NCBI RefSeq assembly: GCF_009914755.1
Contig: NC_060928.1
Source: the human T2T-CHM13v2.0 reference genome, Homo sapiens
DNA: 64,000 bases
Reading direction: 5' to 3' (one strand)
Position 1 is the first letter of the stretch, and each line of letters opens with the position of its first letter. This document shows, piece after piece, positions 1-16,788 of this stretch. The translations under genes and the position numbers were made by a program. A model generated the notes under the pieces. That model saw only the letters and a list, made by a program, of their open reading frames with translations, did no database searches and was not told the origin of the DNA.

Positions 1-1256
1 TCTCCTTCCAGCATATTACCTATTTTGGTTCCTTCACTATACTTGCCACAATCTGAAATTATCTCATGTATTTGCTTAAATGAATATTGCCTATTACTAC
101 CCATTACAAGGGAAAAACTCCTTGACCACAAGGACTTTGTCTTCTTCACCACCGTTGCCCCAACACCAAGAAAAATGTGCCAGACTTTAGTATGCAAGTT
201 ATTTAGGAAAAGGTAGTTTATAAATGTATTTCCTTTAAATCACACAACATTAAAGTGAACAATTCCCTTACTTCAATTAAAAGAATACAGCAACTCCCAT
301 AGTCCAAGCTTGAGCCCAGGAGTTCAACACCAGCCTGGGTAACATAACAAAAACAAAACCAAAAACAAAAACAAAAACAAAACAAAAAAAGGCAACTAAA
401 ACTAAAAATTGTCCCACTCTGAAAAATAAAATATATTCAATAGTAGAAAATATAATAAAAATGTATTTTACAAGTATCAAATGTCACATGTATATAAGTG
501 GCAGTTTAACAGTTACAGGTAAATATGAAGTTGGCAACTATTTGACCTAAAATTTTACTTTCTTCTCCTCACAAGACCTTTAAAAAGTGTTGAAATCAGT
601 ATCTGCCCAACTACATCTGCAGCTAAACAAACCCATTTGCACTGAGCTCCTCTAATCACAGAAAAAACATATAAACTCTAAGGATACAACAAACAGCCAG
701 GGGCTAACAGAGTACCCAAGCAGAGACAGCAAGAAATGACACTTCCCCAACCTCAAAGGCCAAGATACTCTCATCCCACACTGAGTCCCAGAGGAATTTT
801 TTTCATGTCTGAAGCACACAGATGACTAACTCCATCTTTTGTTAGGTAAAGATTAAGAGGAAAATTCCTACTAGGTTTATGAATTATTAATGAGTCTACT
901 TAAGACCACAAACATTTTCACTTCTGTCAACCCAGTACACATATTTTATATTCTCACCTAAAAATTTTTGAATAATCATTTTTAAATTTTAGGATACTTC
1001 ATAAAATTAATTCTCAGAATGTTGGAATTACAAAAATCTTAGATCACTAAAATAAATTCATTCCTTTTATATTCAAAAAGTTAACATCTACTATGGCCAT
1101 ACCTAATGAAGCTATTAATAAATGTTACTGCTACATGTGATAAGCCTTTCTCTTTCGTTATTTAAAGTATAGAGAAATATTTAAGGAGACAAATGTCATT
1201 ATCATTTCCAGAAACAAAAAAAAAGCATCTTTTCTTAGACATATAAAAATATCCTG

Positions 1257-1498
1257 GGCCAAGCATGGTGGCTCACGCCTGTAATCCCAGCATTGTTGGG
1301 AGGCTGAGGCAGGTGGATCACCTGAGGTCAGGAGTTCGAGACCAGCCTGGCCAACATGGTGAAACCCCTTATCTACTGAAAATACAAAATTAGCCAGGCA
1401 TGGTGGTGTGAGCCTGTAATCCCAGCTACTCAGAGGCTGAGGCATGAGATTCACTTGAGCCTGGGAGGCAGAGGTTGCAGTGAGCCAAGATTGTGCCA
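1257..1498 (+). mobile_element. AluS, 3'-truncated, fused to an inverted Alu fragment
   Basis: Alu consensus from GGCC..GGTGGCTCACGCCTGTAATCCCAGC to GAGCCAAGATTGTGCCA; no poly(A) tail. Confidence 0.9.
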
Positions 1499-1590
1499 GT
1501 TTCACCACGCTGGTCTGGCTGGTCTCAAACTCCTGACCTCAGGTGATCCACCCGCCTCGGCCTCCCAAAGTGCTGGGATTACACCTGGCC
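1499..1590 (-). mobile_element. AluS left-arm fragment, inverted
   Basis: gtttcacc...ctcctgacctcaggtgatccacccgcctcggcctcccaaagtgctgggattaca. Confidence 0.88.
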
Positions 1591-4500
1591 CTGGTCCCTC
1601 TTTCTTAACCCAATATTCCCATACTACGAAAGGTGAAACAATAAGATAATCAAATGGAACAAATCAACAGTTTTTCCAGCAATTAGAACAACTCATAATT
1701 TTTTAGTAACACACCAGGGTTAATAAAGAGGAGGATTCCTGGGTTTCATCCATATATTTTCATCTCCTATAAAGTAATTAGGTTACTAATTTAAATGCTC
1801 TGTTTGTTTTTAAAGCAGTCACATATTTTCATTTAGATATTAAATGCTGATTTTTCTTCACTTATATAATTCACCAAAGTCTTAACTGGCCTCTGCCTTT
1901 CCAATTTACTCTGAAATTCATCAACCTCCCATAGGCAGAAACAAATCTCACAGGCAGGAAATGCCTTTTACAGAGCCCTACCTCCTACAAACCGCCTAAC
2001 AACAACATAACCCACATCCATCCTTCATTTATCCTCAAGCATATATTCATGAAGCAAAATTTTCTCCAGTTTACATATTTCAGTGGTGAAGACAATTTAA
2101 AATATTATTCCATCTACTTTGGCAGCCACATTAAATGCCAATGTGGTCACATTTGTGAATAAGCTGAACCTGATGAGTACTTAATTTGTACTCAGGTTAG
2201 CTATTTCTGAAAAAAGAGAAAATGTTTCCTAAATAACACCCCTGGAGGGTGCTTTTAAACTTACTGATGCATACATGGCTATTAAAAAGTGAATTTGCCC
2301 AATGTTCAACTTCTAATACTTTAACAAATTAGTTTTTACCAGTTCTATCAATCACTTGCTAATGCCACTAGAATTCCTTTTGAACTGTAGGTAATATTAG
2401 GATAGTATTTTTAGACTACGAGGATAACACTAAAGTAATTAAATCTCGTATCACTAGTACGGGAGTAATTAGATTTAAAAAAATTTGAAGCAAGTTCACA
2501 TCCATCAACAAATATTTACAATATGTTTACTCTGTGTAAAGGGTTATAAGTAAACCAATAAGCAAATATGTTTTAAATATCTTAAAGCACAATAGGCTGA
2601 ATTCTATAATATTCCACATGTTAAGCTCCTAAATGCTCTCCTATTAATATTACTACATTTTAAAAATATCGTTTAGGAGACTATACCACTATCCTACACT
2701 AATACTTAGCTAAGCAGTTTTTTACCTGATATATTAAAGCTACTACCGAACCTGTACTATTTTTTGCTACAGTTAAATCTATAACTGACATTTATTATAA
2801 AATACTTCTGTAAAGAAAGAAATTTATAAGCAACCCAAGCAAATGTATATAGAAAGATCTTACTTAAAAGAAATGAAATATTATTGATTTTCCATGTTCT
2901 CTGTGCTGTATTTAACTTAATTTTAAGAGACTTTTCACTAGAGATAAACTGAACTGTATACCTGAATGCTAATGTCAGCTATATTTCTAGAATAAAAATA
3001 CAAAACTTTACACCACAGTTCAAGATGTTAATGGAAGAGAAGTTGAATTATATTAAGCATTATCTTTCATATGGCCTTTTGCAAATTGATTTGTAGTCAT
3101 GAAATCCGACATCTAGCCCGTCTCTCCCAGAATCCAAAGATGTGCATAATTCACTAAATTTTATGTGAAACGGTCTTATGTAATCACACCTTTGGAAACA
3201 TACTGTTTCATGTTATAGGATAAAATAAAAATGGAACCTCACATATTATTACAATATGTTTCAGAAGGCAGGTAATAAACCAAAAGAAACATACCCAGTA
3301 GTCTACTATTTCAAAGATAACATGAATGGATGGATGGATGACCGAGAGTAGGTAAATACTGAAGCAGACAGATGTCCATATTGGAGGAAAACAGTACTAA
3401 ATATGACATGCTGCTGTCTATGACTGTGGCCACCTAAAAGGATCCAGGAGCAAGTGGCGAATCTTGCCTCAGAGGCTACACCCATCTGCATTCAAGTTGT
3501 TAAGGCCCCATATGTAGGCTTGAAATCAGATGCTTCTGCAGAGATTCAACTACTCCACTTACAGGGCTGCAAATCTAGTAGTGTTTTCAAACTTAGCTCT
3601 GCTATAAGGACACTGAAGTGTATGATGTTCTTTTAAAACTTAGTTTGTCCCCCAGTTTTTAGCTCACAAATTCCAGCCACTGAGCAGCCATAGTGCTGTT
3701 ATTCTTCTTATCCAATTCAGCAGATATTTGCAACAATAAATGATTACCTGCCTTCCCTGTTCAGCAAAGCACTTTTCTAAAAGGAAAGCTAAACAGAATA
3801 ATGATCTTCTCCAGAAGCAAAACAGAAGTGAGGATAAACTTCTAAGACCATAGACTTTCTTTCTGCATAGACAAACTAAAAGATACAGTCTTACATTTTC
3901 ACCTCTTTTTTAAAAGGGGTTAAATTCATGGTTATTTCTCCCCTCAATGAAGCAAATGTGTTAATCAGGAAGGGGATAAGGGCAAAGAGGCTCAATTCAC
4001 ACACAGAGCTCCACTCTCTCTGATCCTTTCACCCTTCAAAAAAGAAAGCTTAAGAAGGAATGGCTTCAAGCTGAGTTCTTGTCTGCCACTACTGTGAAAA
4101 AGATAAAGCCTTTTCTGAAGAGATAGAGCTAGATGAAATAACCTCTAAAAATATCATTGTGGTGAATAAGGGCATAGAATGAAAAAAATTCTAAGTTTTC
4201 TTCTAACATTCCTTTTTTTAGTACACAATAACACCAATAATATAAAAAGGAGCTCTCAGTGATGGTATATAAATAGCTCTGGCTGGAGCAAAATAGCTTT
4301 GCCTCAGCTTCTCCAGAGCTGAACCAATAAACTATCACGATTAAATTTTCACAGTTCAAAAGCAAGTCCATTTAAACAAAAGAGGCCCTTATTTCTGCAA
4401 CAAATCCAATAAAAAAACAATATTTATGCTACATATATGCAATTATGGTTTATGGAGGACATCCACATTTTTCAACAGAGAAACCTGCCTACTAAATGAA

Positions 4501-4779
4501 GTTGTTAAAAAAGCAAACTTTAACTTACAGTGACAGAGTTCTCAAATGGGCATCGTAATACTTTGAAAATTACTCCTAGAGATATTCTCTCTTATAAATT
4601 CTATACAGAGAATTTTAAATAAAACCAATTAGTACATTAGAGAGCTTTTGGGGTTTTACATACCTCCACTAGAGTGGGAGGGTCACAAGATCATCATCTT
4701 TATGGCTCAAATGCCTAGCACAGGGCCAGTGATCACTCCCTCAACAACGGATGAGTGACTGGAAGCAGTGACAAGAAAG

Positions 4780-5015
4780 TGGTAAGACGGAAAGCGCACA
4801 GACTTTAGCATCACACAGACCTGGGTTTCAATGGCAATTCTGGTACTTATAAGTGGTACTTGGGCGAGTACTTAACTCCTCTGGGCCTCAATTTTATCTG
4901 CAAAATGGGGATAATTCCTACCTCATACACTTGCTCTGGGTATTACAGGAAATAATAAGTACAATGAATCTAGCACAGTTCCTGGCATACAGCAGAGACA
5001 TTCATAAAAATGTTA
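4780..5015 (+). mobile_element. MIR SINE
   Basis: cagacctgggtttcaa...gtacttaactcctctgggcctcaattttatctgcaaaatggggataat...tagcacagttcctggcatac (MIR core). Confidence 0.75.
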
Positions 5016-5748
5016 GCTCCCCACCCACCTATTTTTCCCCTAGCCTAAAAGAGTTCTCAGGATTAAAAAAAACTAAAGTTAGCTAGCAGGACTCCTACAG
5101 ACACATGATAATACACTGTAGCTATAATCCTGTTCTTGTCCTGTTCCTGTTTATTCTACTCTACTCTATATATCTAGATAAAAGGAAAAGAACAAAGTTC
5201 TGAATGTTACAAAGAGAGTTACCTCCTGACATCTGAGATGAAGGCATCCAATTCATGAATACTACTCCAACATAAAATTTCTCCCATAAAGTGTTTACCC
5301 AGTGATAATAAAGAACAAAGTCCCAATGAAACTGAGCTGCCTGCTGGATTCATTTACTAGCTGAGCTACATATTCCTGCAGGTCATTTTCAAAGGAGATG
5401 GATTTTCACTCATGCTAAGCAAAATGTACACATGCATGGGCCTTTGGAATCAATCATCTACAAGTAGTCAAAAATCTTAAAGTCAAAATCCTAAATGTCA
5501 CAAGACAGAACATCAAGACATAACAGAAATTCCAAAAAGATGACAAAATCCCTAAAATCAACAATTCCAAAATCTTAAGGCTAGAAAAGTGCTTCTGCTA
5601 GGCAGGAAGTACAATGCCTGTTATATACAACAGGTAATCTCCATTCCTTTTCACAAGTTTTTGACTATATCCATATAGTTGAATATTTAGAGAAATGTTT
5701 CTATAAGAACATAGAAATATACAGTAGATTATTCCCTTAAAAAAAAAA

Positions 5749-6067
5749 GGCTTGGTGCAGTAGCTTATGCCTGTATCCCAGCACTCTGGGAGGCTGAGGC
5801 AAGAGGATTGCTTGAGCTCAGGAGTTCGAGACCAAACTGGGCAACATGGCAAAACCCTGTCTCTACAAAAAGTAAAAAAAAATAAAAATTTAGACTGGCA
5901 TGGCGGCATGCACCTGTGGACACCAGTTACTCAGGAGGCTGAGGTGGGAGGATCACCTGAACCCAGAGAGGTCAAGGCTGCAGTGAGCCATGATCATGAC
6001 ACTACACTCCAGCCTGGGTGACAGAATGAGACCCCATCTCAAAAAAAAAAAAAAAAAAAAAAAAAAA
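5749..6067 (+). mobile_element. AluJ-like element with poly(A)
   Basis: Dimeric Alu with J-type ggattgcttgagctcagg and gtcaaggctgcagtgagccatgat. Confidence 0.9.
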
Positions 6068-6112
6068 GTGCATAGAATTCACAATGGAAATCGGTATCAA
6101 AATATTATGTGC

Positions 6113-6235
6113 AACTGGACACAGAGGTACATGCCTATAGTCTTAGCTACTTGGGAGGCTGAGGTGGGAGGACTGCTTGAGCTCAGGAGTTCAAGCCCAG
6201 CCTGAGCAGCATAGCAAGACCCCATATCTTTAAAA

Positions 6236-6273
<38 letters not shown>
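6113..6273 (+). mobile_element. Alu monomer (FLAM-like) followed by a (TG)n microsatellite (6237-6273)
   Basis: Single-arm Alu sequence, then a TG run. Confidence 0.75.
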
Positions 6274-6276
<3 letters not shown>

Positions 6277-6742
6277 AAATTTGCTTTCTGACTAATTTTC
6301 CAGAAAGACACTTATTCTATATAAAATATGAGATGATTATACAACATTTGATCCAGGTGTTCTTAAATACCCTGTGTTCATACATTCAACAAACATATGA
6401 TGAGCATCTACTATATATCAAGTAAGGGATGCTAAGAATAGAGGGATGGATGGCAAATTCCAAGGGGGCATTATTCTACCAAAGTACTCATAATTAAGGA
6501 CCAAGTTTCATTTCAGACACATAATAGTAATTTTTTAGAAGAGTACACTCAAACTCTCAGTTTAATTTGCTAATTAAATAAGTTTAACTACAAAATTACT
6601 CAAGACTTACATTAGTTTATTGTAGTAAATATGGCATATTATTATTTTTATTTATGGTTTCGAAGTCAAGAACAAAAGCAAGAAATACTAAATAACATGC
6701 TTATTTGGCATTATAATGGCAGCATATAGAAATCTTAAAAGT

Positions 6743-9700
6743 GTCACCCCTCAGCAAATGCAAAAGAACTGAAATCATAACAGTCTCTCAGACCACAACA
6801 CAACTAAATTATAACTCAAGGTTAAGAAACTCACTCAAAACCACACAACTGAAACTGAACAACCTGTTCCTGAATGACTCCTGGGTAAATAACGAAATTA
6901 AGGCAGAAATAAAGAAGTTCTTTGAAACTAATGAGAACAAAGAGATAACATACTGGAATCTCTGGGATACAGCTAAAGCAGTGTTAAAAGGGAAATTTAT
7001 AGCACTAAATGCTCACATCAAAAAGCCAGAAAGATCCCAAATTGACATTCTAACATCAACTAAAAGAAGTAGACAACCAAGAGCAAACAAATCCCAAAGC
7101 TAGCAGAAGACAAGAAACAACCAAGATCACAGTGGAACTGAAGGAGACAGAGACACGAAAAACCGTTAAAAAAAAAAAAAAGTCAACGAATCCAGGAGTG
7201 GGTTTTTTTAAAAAATTAATAAAAAATAGGTAGATTGTTAGCTAGACTAATAAGAAAAGAGAGAAGAATCAAATAGACACAACAAAAATGATAAACGGGG
7301 TATCACCACTGACCCACAGAAATACAAACAACTATCAGAGAATACTATAAACACCACTATGAAAATAAACTAGAAAATGTAGAAGAAATGGATAAATTCC
7401 TGCGTATATACACCCTCCCAAGACTGAACCAGGAAGAAGTTGAGTCCCTGAATAGACCAATAACAAGTTCTGAAATTGAGGCAGTAATTAATAGCCTACC
7501 AACCAAAAAAAGCCCAGGACCAGACAGATTTACAGCTGAATTCTACCAGAGGTACAAAGAGAAGCTTCTGAAACTATTCCAAACAATTGAAAAGGAGGGA
7601 CTCCTCCTTAACTCATTTTATGAGGCCAGCATCATCCTGATATCAAAACCTGGCAGAAATTTTAAAAAAAAAACTTCAGGCCAATATCCCTGATGAATAT
7701 CGATGCAAAAATCCTGAATAAATTCCTGGCAAACCAGAAGCACATCCAGCAGCACATCAAAAAGCTTATCCACCATGACTCAGTAGGCTTCAACCCCAGG
7801 ATGCAAGGCTGGTTCAACACACGCAAATCAATAAATGTAATTCATCAGATAAAGAGAACTAAAGACAAAAACCACATGATTATCTCAATAGATGCAGAAA
7901 ATACCTTTGGTAAAATTCAACATTCCTTCATGTTAAAAACTCTCAATAAATTAGGTATTGAAGGAACATATCTCAAAATAATAATAGCCATTTATGACAA
8001 ACCCACAGCCAATATCATACTGAATGGGCAAAAGCTGGAAGCATTCCCCTTGAAAACCAGCTCAAGACAAGGATGCCCTCTCTCACCACTCTTATTCAAC
8101 ATACCATTGGAAGTTCTGGCCAGGCCAATCAGGCAAGAGAAAGAAATAAAGGGTATTCAAATGGGAAGAGAGGAAGTCAAACTGTCTCTGGTTGCAGATG
8201 ACATGATACTGTAGCTAGAAAACCCCATTGTCTCAGCCCAAAAGTTTCTTAAGCTGATAAGCAACTTCAGCAAAGTCTCAGAATATAAAATCAATGTGCA
8301 AAAATCACAAGCATTCCTATACAACAACAAACAAGCAGAGAGCCAAATCATTCATGATTTGGCTCTCACAATTCACATTCACAATTACTGCAAAGAAAAT
8401 AAAATACCTAGAAATACAGCTAACTAGGGAAGTGAAGGAACTCTTCAAGGGAAACTACAAACCACTGCTCAAGGAAATTAGAGAGGACACAAACAAATGT
8501 AAAAACATTCCATATTATGGATAGGAAGAACCACTATCATGAAAATGGCCACACTGCCCAAAGAAATTTATAGAGTCAATGTTATTTTCATCAAACTACC
8601 GTTGACATTCTTCATAGAATTAGAAAAAAACTATTTAAAAATTCACATGGAACCAAAAAAGAGTCTGTATAGCCAAGACAATCCTAAGCAAAAAGAAAAA
8701 AGCTGGAGACATCATGCTACCCAACTTCAAACTATACTACAGGGCTACAGTAACCAAAACAGCATGGTACTGGTACAAAAACAGACACATAGGCCAACGA
8801 AACAGAATAGATAACTCAGAAATAAGACCACACATCTACAACCATCTGATCTTTGGCAAACCTGACAAAAACAAGCAACGGGGAAAGGATTCTCTATTTA
8901 ATAAATGGTGCTGGGAAAACTGGCTAGCCATATGCAGAAACTTGAAACTGAACCCCTTCCTTACACCTTAGACAAAAATTAACTCAAGATGGATTAAAGA
9001 CTTAAATGTAAACCCCCAAATTATAAAAACCCTAGAAGAAAATCTAGGCAATACCATACAGGACACTGGCACAGGCAAAGATTTCATGATGAAAATGTCA
9101 AAAGCAATTGCAACAAAAGCAAACATTAACAAATGTGATCTAATTAAACTAAAGAGCTCCTGCACAGCAAAAGAAACTATCATCAGAGTGAACTGACAAC
9201 CTGCAGAATGGGAAAAAATTTTTGCAACTTACCCTTCTGACAAAGGTCTAATATCCAGTCTACAATGAACGTAAACAAATTTACAAGAAAAAAAATCAAA
9301 CAACCCCATTAAAAAGTGGGCAAAGGACACGAACAGCCACTTCTCAAAAGAAGACATCCATACAACCAACAAACATATGAAGAAAAGCTCAACATCACTG
9401 ATCATGAGAGAAATGCAAATCAAAACCACAATGAGATACCATCTCATGCCAGTCATAATGGTGATTATTAAAAAGTCAAGAAACAACAGATGCTGGCAAG
9501 GTTGCAGAGAAATAGGAACACTTTTACACTGTTGGTGGAAATGTAAATTAGTTCAACCATTTTGGAAAACAGTGTGGGGATTCCTCAAGATCTAGAACCA
9601 GAAATGCCATTCGACCCAGCAATCCCATTACTGGATATATATCCAAAGGAATATAAATTATTCTATTATAAAGATACATGCACATGTATGTTCAATGCAG

Positions 9701-10150
9701 CACTATTCACAACAGCAAAGACATGGAATCAACCCAAACACTCATCAATGATAGACTGGATAAAGAAAATGTGGCACATCTACACCATGGAATACTATGC
9801 AGCCTTAAAAAGAAATGACATCATGTCCTTTGCACGGACATGGATGGAGCTGGAAGACTATCCTCAGCAAACTAAAGCAGGAACAGAAAACCAAATACCG
9901 CATCGTCTCACTCTAAGTGGGAGCTGAACAATGAGAACGCACAAACACAGGGAGGGGAACACCACACAATGGGGCCTGTCAGAGGGGTGCAGGGGGAGGG
10001 AGAGCATCAGAAAAAATAGCTAATGCGTGCTGGGCTTAATACTTAGGTGATGGGTTGACAGGTGCAGCAAACCACCATGGCACACGTTTACCTATGTAAC
10101 AAACCTGCACATCCTGTACATGTACCCCAGAACCTAAAATAATATTTTTT
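6743..10150 (+). mobile_element. 5'-truncated LINE-1 (L1PA8-11-like), decayed ORF2 plus 3' UTR, antisense to SEPSECS in intron 8
   Basis: ORF-track fragments match L1 ORF2p ([20 protein letters not shown]; KKSPGPD; [13 protein letters not shown]; ADDMIL; [11 protein letters not shown]; WHIYTMEYYAA) with frameshifts and stops. L1PA-type 3' end. Residual TSD TCTTAAAAGT at 6733-6742 and 10154-10163. Confidence 0.95.
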
Positions 10151-10269
10151 TAGTCTTAAAAGTTACTATCTATATAATAAAGTATACTTTTAAAATGACT
10201 TATAATTTTGTATAATGGTCTTATTGTTAGTTATAATATATTCCATTTATTTAGTTTAAAAATAAACTT

Positions 10270-10410
10270 AGGCTCATGCCTGTAATCCCAACACTTTGGG
10301 AGGCCAAGGCAGGAGAATGGCTTGAGTCCAGGAGTTCAAGACCAGCCTAGGCAACATAGCAAGACCCTATCTCTATTTAAAAATAAAATTAAATAAATAA
10401 ATAAAATAAA
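10270..10410 (+). mobile_element. Alu left monomer (FLAM-like)
   Basis: ggctcatgcctgtaatccca...gcaagaccctatctct followed by an A-rich tail. Confidence 0.8.
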
Positions 10411-11206
10411 TTTATGATTTTAGCCAAATCTGAGGAGTGCTCAATATAAAACAAAAAGCAGCTAAGAAAAAAGAAAAAAAAATCTAAGAAAAAAGACTAC
10501 AAAAGATCAGAAATAAACACAGATAACTAATGTTATATTTCGAAGTTTTGATATTTGGGATATTTATGCATTTCATCTCAAATGCCATAAAATATTATCT
10601 ACCTATGTATAAGTGTTAAAATGCTATGACATTGTATGTTTCCTCTCCAAGTTTCTGTTATATATACAAGTGACCTATGTGCCCCAAAACAAGGGCTATC
10701 AAACATGAATCTGCACCAAAATTCATCAGGAAAATTTTGTTAAAAATGCAGTTGTCTAAGCCCTCCTTCTGATCTAATGAATCTGAATCTACCCTAAAGG
10801 AAAGCTAATTTTATAAAGTGACTCAAAACATAAACTCTCAAATAACTGCACAGTACTTTGCTTTCTAGACTCAGCTTAAAACACCCTTTCATAGTTCCAC
10901 AGTTGTACTAGCCATCAGTATTACCTTAGGACCACACCACGAATGTCAATGAATAAATGCACTGTCTTTTCTCCAGGGAGATTTTACCTGACCCTTCCAG
11001 ATCTGGGGTAGGTGTCCCAGCTGGGTTTGGTAATAGATGCTCTCACACACTCTTGCGTTCCTTTCATAATTCTCATCAGATTTGTAACTATTTAATATCT
11101 AGATTTCCTCCAAAAACTATAATTTCCATGGAGGTAAAAACTAAGTCAGTCTTGTTTGTGGATTTAGCTTTAGGGCCTACACATAAATATTTGTTTGAAT
11201 GAATAA

Positions 11207-11563
<357 letters not shown>

Positions 11564-12770
11564 GAAAGTTGTGTCTTTAGAATATTAACCTGGCACTGCT
11601 CTACAATGTGACAAATTAGAGTAGACCAAGGTGGGGGAACAGGAGAAGTGTGAATAAATTACTGTAACCATGAGGTGTGATGTGGTAAGGACTTAAATTA
11701 GGGAGTGATAGCAGTGGAAATGGAAAGAAATGAATGTTGGAAACATTGTGAAGGACTTAATGATATAAGGGCTTAAGGGTATAAAAGGAATCAAAAGTAT
11801 CAGCATTAGAAAGTTTAAAACAGAGATGGGAATTTACTGCTTCATCTCACAGCCCAGTCCACAAGCAGGCATGGCTGGATAGAGTCTCAAATGACTTAAT
11901 TCTGTTTTTCTTCTTATAGTCCCTAGTGTTGAGAAGTCTCTCTTGGCATGGCTAGAAATACGGCAGCTGACAGTTGTAAGATTATATCCTTACAGCTTGC
12001 TATCTGCAAAGCAAGAGGTCCTGTCTCTAAAGGATCAATCAAATCTACTGGAAGGACATTATCTCCACATGCCTGTGAACCAGGCTAGCCAGATCATCTG
12101 CCCACCATATGAAAGAGGAGGGACACTGTAATTGATAGACTCAGCAGGACCACCTGGAGTCAGGGAGGAGCAGTTCTCCAATGACAGTGATTCTGCACAA
12201 GCAAACAACATATATCCTCTCTAAAATATAACTGAGTTTTTTTGGCCAGAGTAGCTAGATTTATTCACTGTTTTTGTCTCCTTTAGATATCAGTAGACCC
12301 ATATCTTGAGATTTACAGCCATATAAATCCACCAGGCTAGATTATCTTCTATATTTAAAAAGGCAAAGTAGAATTTAGAAGTTAAGACAGAGAATAGGAG
12401 ACCCAATTGCCTAGATTTCGGTCCATATTCCACAATTCACCTCATACATGTTACTTCTCGATTTCCTATGAAAATGAGGATAACAATACCTCATAAGAAT
12501 ATTTTAAGGATTAAATGTATACATAAAAATGTACTTAGAAGAGTGCCTTCCACATAGTAAGTGCTCAGTATTACGTGTAATTATTTCATATGTATATAAA
12601 TGTATAAGGATGTATATGGTATTTGTATAAACACAAACTTTGCATGGAAAGACTATGTTAAGAATGATTTTTACATGAAACCTTTCTAACCAATGGTCAA
12701 ATCTTAATGCTCACCCTACTTGACCTATCAGTGCCATCAGCTATGCTAATCACTCCCTCCTCCTTAATAC

Positions 12771-13088
12771 ACAGTTGGTCCTCCATATCCATGAGTTCTG
12801 CCTCCACAGCTTCAACCAAGTGTGGATTGAAAATATTTGAAAAAAAAAAAAAAATTGCATCTGTGCTGAATATGCACAGAGTTCTTCTCTTGACATTATT
12901 TCCTAAACAATACAGTATAACAACTACTTATGTAACATTTATATTGTATTCAGTATTATAAGTAATCTAGAGTTGATTTAAGGAATACAGGAGGATGTGC
13001 ATAATTTATATGACAATACTATGTCAGTTTATATACGGGTCTTGAGCATCTAAAGATTTTGGTATCTGAGTGATACCAAGGGATGACT
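12771..13088 (-). mobile_element. MER2-like TcMar-Tigger DNA transposon
   Basis: Ends cagttggtcctccatatcc ... gataccaagggatgact resemble MER2 TIRs; similar in reverse to 46912-47238. Confidence 0.7.
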
Positions 13089-13089
13089 T

Positions 13090-14490
<1,401 letters not shown>

Positions 14491-15109
14491 TAAATGTTTA
14501 CTCGAATCTTATCCCACATTCAACTTTACCTTTGCATTTCCGTACTTTAGACTACGCTATTTTAAGTGGGCTTATTCAGATGCAGGGAGGGAAGCCAAGA
14601 CAGCTTGATAAGGGTAAAGATGGGTATGAGGTAACATGAAACTGAAGAGACCATTGCGTTAAAAAGAAAAACTCAAATTTACAAAATGTCTAATTTATAT
14701 TACCAATATGCCTTATACTGGATTACTAAATTACAGGCCAGTTCCCATGATTATTATGTCCAAAGTCCAGGAAGTAACTCTTTTAAGAAATATTCTAGAG
14801 TCTTTTAAGACTAAAAGTGGCCTGAGATATCAATTGTGTCTTTCACAAATGGGGAAATAAAATCTTCAAAACTTTTCCAGGACGAAACGACTAGTTATAG
14901 GAGAGCTAAGAACCACTGAAACAACTAAACTCTCATAGAAGCAGATGACAAGTTTTCCTCATCTATAGAGAGTTGTTATCTGACATATGGATCTGTTTTC
15001 TTGAAAGATTTGCCACAGTCTTCTCTTGGCTACAACAATCTACGACCATGAATGATTACAATTTGGAGTTTATAAAACCAGAGTTTTATTCTTATTGTAT
15101 AAAAATTCA

Positions 15110-15530
15110 TTGTCAGACTTACTGAGGTACAATTTGCTCACATAGTAAAATTCGGGATGTCTGTTTTTTAGGTGCCCACTTCTATGAATTTTGACAAATA
15201 TATACAGTCATGAAACCACTACCACTATCAAGACATAAAACGTTTCATCACCCTAAAAAGTTCCCTCCCTAATCCCTACCCTTTAGCAACCATTAATCTT
15301 TCTTCTTTCCTTATATTTTTTACCTTTTCCAGGATGGCATATAAATGAAACTGTACAATATGTAGCCTTTTGAGTCTGACTTCTTTCATTTAGCATAATG
15401 CATTTGAGAGTCATTATCTTGTTGCATATTTCGGTACATTAGCCATTCTAAAAGGTGTGTAGTGGTATTTCATTGTGGTTTTAAATTTGCATTTCCCTAA
15501 TTACTAATGACATTGAGCATCTTTTCCTAT
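15110..15530 (-). mobile_element. Old L1M 3' fragment
   Basis: gtggtatttcattgtggttttaaatttgcatttccctaattactaatgacattgagcatcttttc. Confidence 0.7.
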
Positions 15531-15980
15531 ATCACATAAATCTTAAGAAATGTCCTCACAATTAAACAATTACTATCCCATGGAATGAATTAGTAGGGGA
15601 AGGAAGACTGGGGTAAAACAGAGCACAAGATTTTTAAACTTGTTATGTATTCATCCTAAGGCTATGAGATCATCTATGAGATAATACATATGAAAATGCT
15701 TTAGAATATATAAAGTACTATTATAAATATAAGGGACTACAATTGTTGTTAAGTGCTAGAAAGTTATCAGATTTAAAAACTGCACCAGAGGACTCACTCT
15801 CTCCCAGATAGAAGATGAATAAAACACTGCCTGCCCTAGCTATACAAGCTCTGTCTTTTGGAGGTGTCCTGAATTAAGCTAGTTGTGTTGGAGATAAAGT
15901 CATGTTTTCAAATATAAATGTAACTTCTTTTCATAACCAATATAACCAATGAGTTCAGCGTTCAATAATGACAAGAAATA

Positions 15981-16385
<405 letters not shown>

Positions 16386-16696
16386 CTACCTTTAAGTACC
16401 TTTAAGTGATAAATGAATTGAATTTTATTGAATAAGAGTCCCTAATGCAGGAGTTTCTAAAAAGTAAATAAATAAAAGCAAAATCACCTAACCCAGATTC
16501 CTCGTAATATCTGGATAGACAGGCTGACAAAAAGTAATAGGAAACCACCTATGGTGGTTCCAGATCTGAATAAATACTATCGGACCATACTAGATGTCTC
16601 CCTCCCAATGCAAGAAACCAACAGGCAGAAAACACCAATGATTTGGAGCACAGTTCTAGTCAAGAATGTTATTCGACACCTAAAGGGAAAGCTTAC

Positions 16697-16788
16697 CTTT
16701 CTTTCTTTTAGTAGCTTCTTATAGCCATTTGATCCAAGTGACAATAAAGTAATAAGGACATCTAAAGAAGGTGAAGCTGAAGCTCTTC
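16697..16788 (-). CDS. SEPSECS: SEPSECS exon 8 (92 nt)
   Basis: Acceptor tttcag|GA after a 138-nt intron; [30 protein letters not shown]; donor AAG|gtaagc. Confidence 0.96.

Noticed and set aside
5470-5740. Possible MULE/Ricksha-like DNA transposon remnant (also about 10440-10570)
   Set aside because: The resemblance is too weak to call without a Dfam search.
6741-9927. Series of 70-170 aa ORFs with reverse transcriptase motifs
   Set aside because: Fragments of one 5'-truncated, frameshifted L1 ORF2; not a gene and not an active element.
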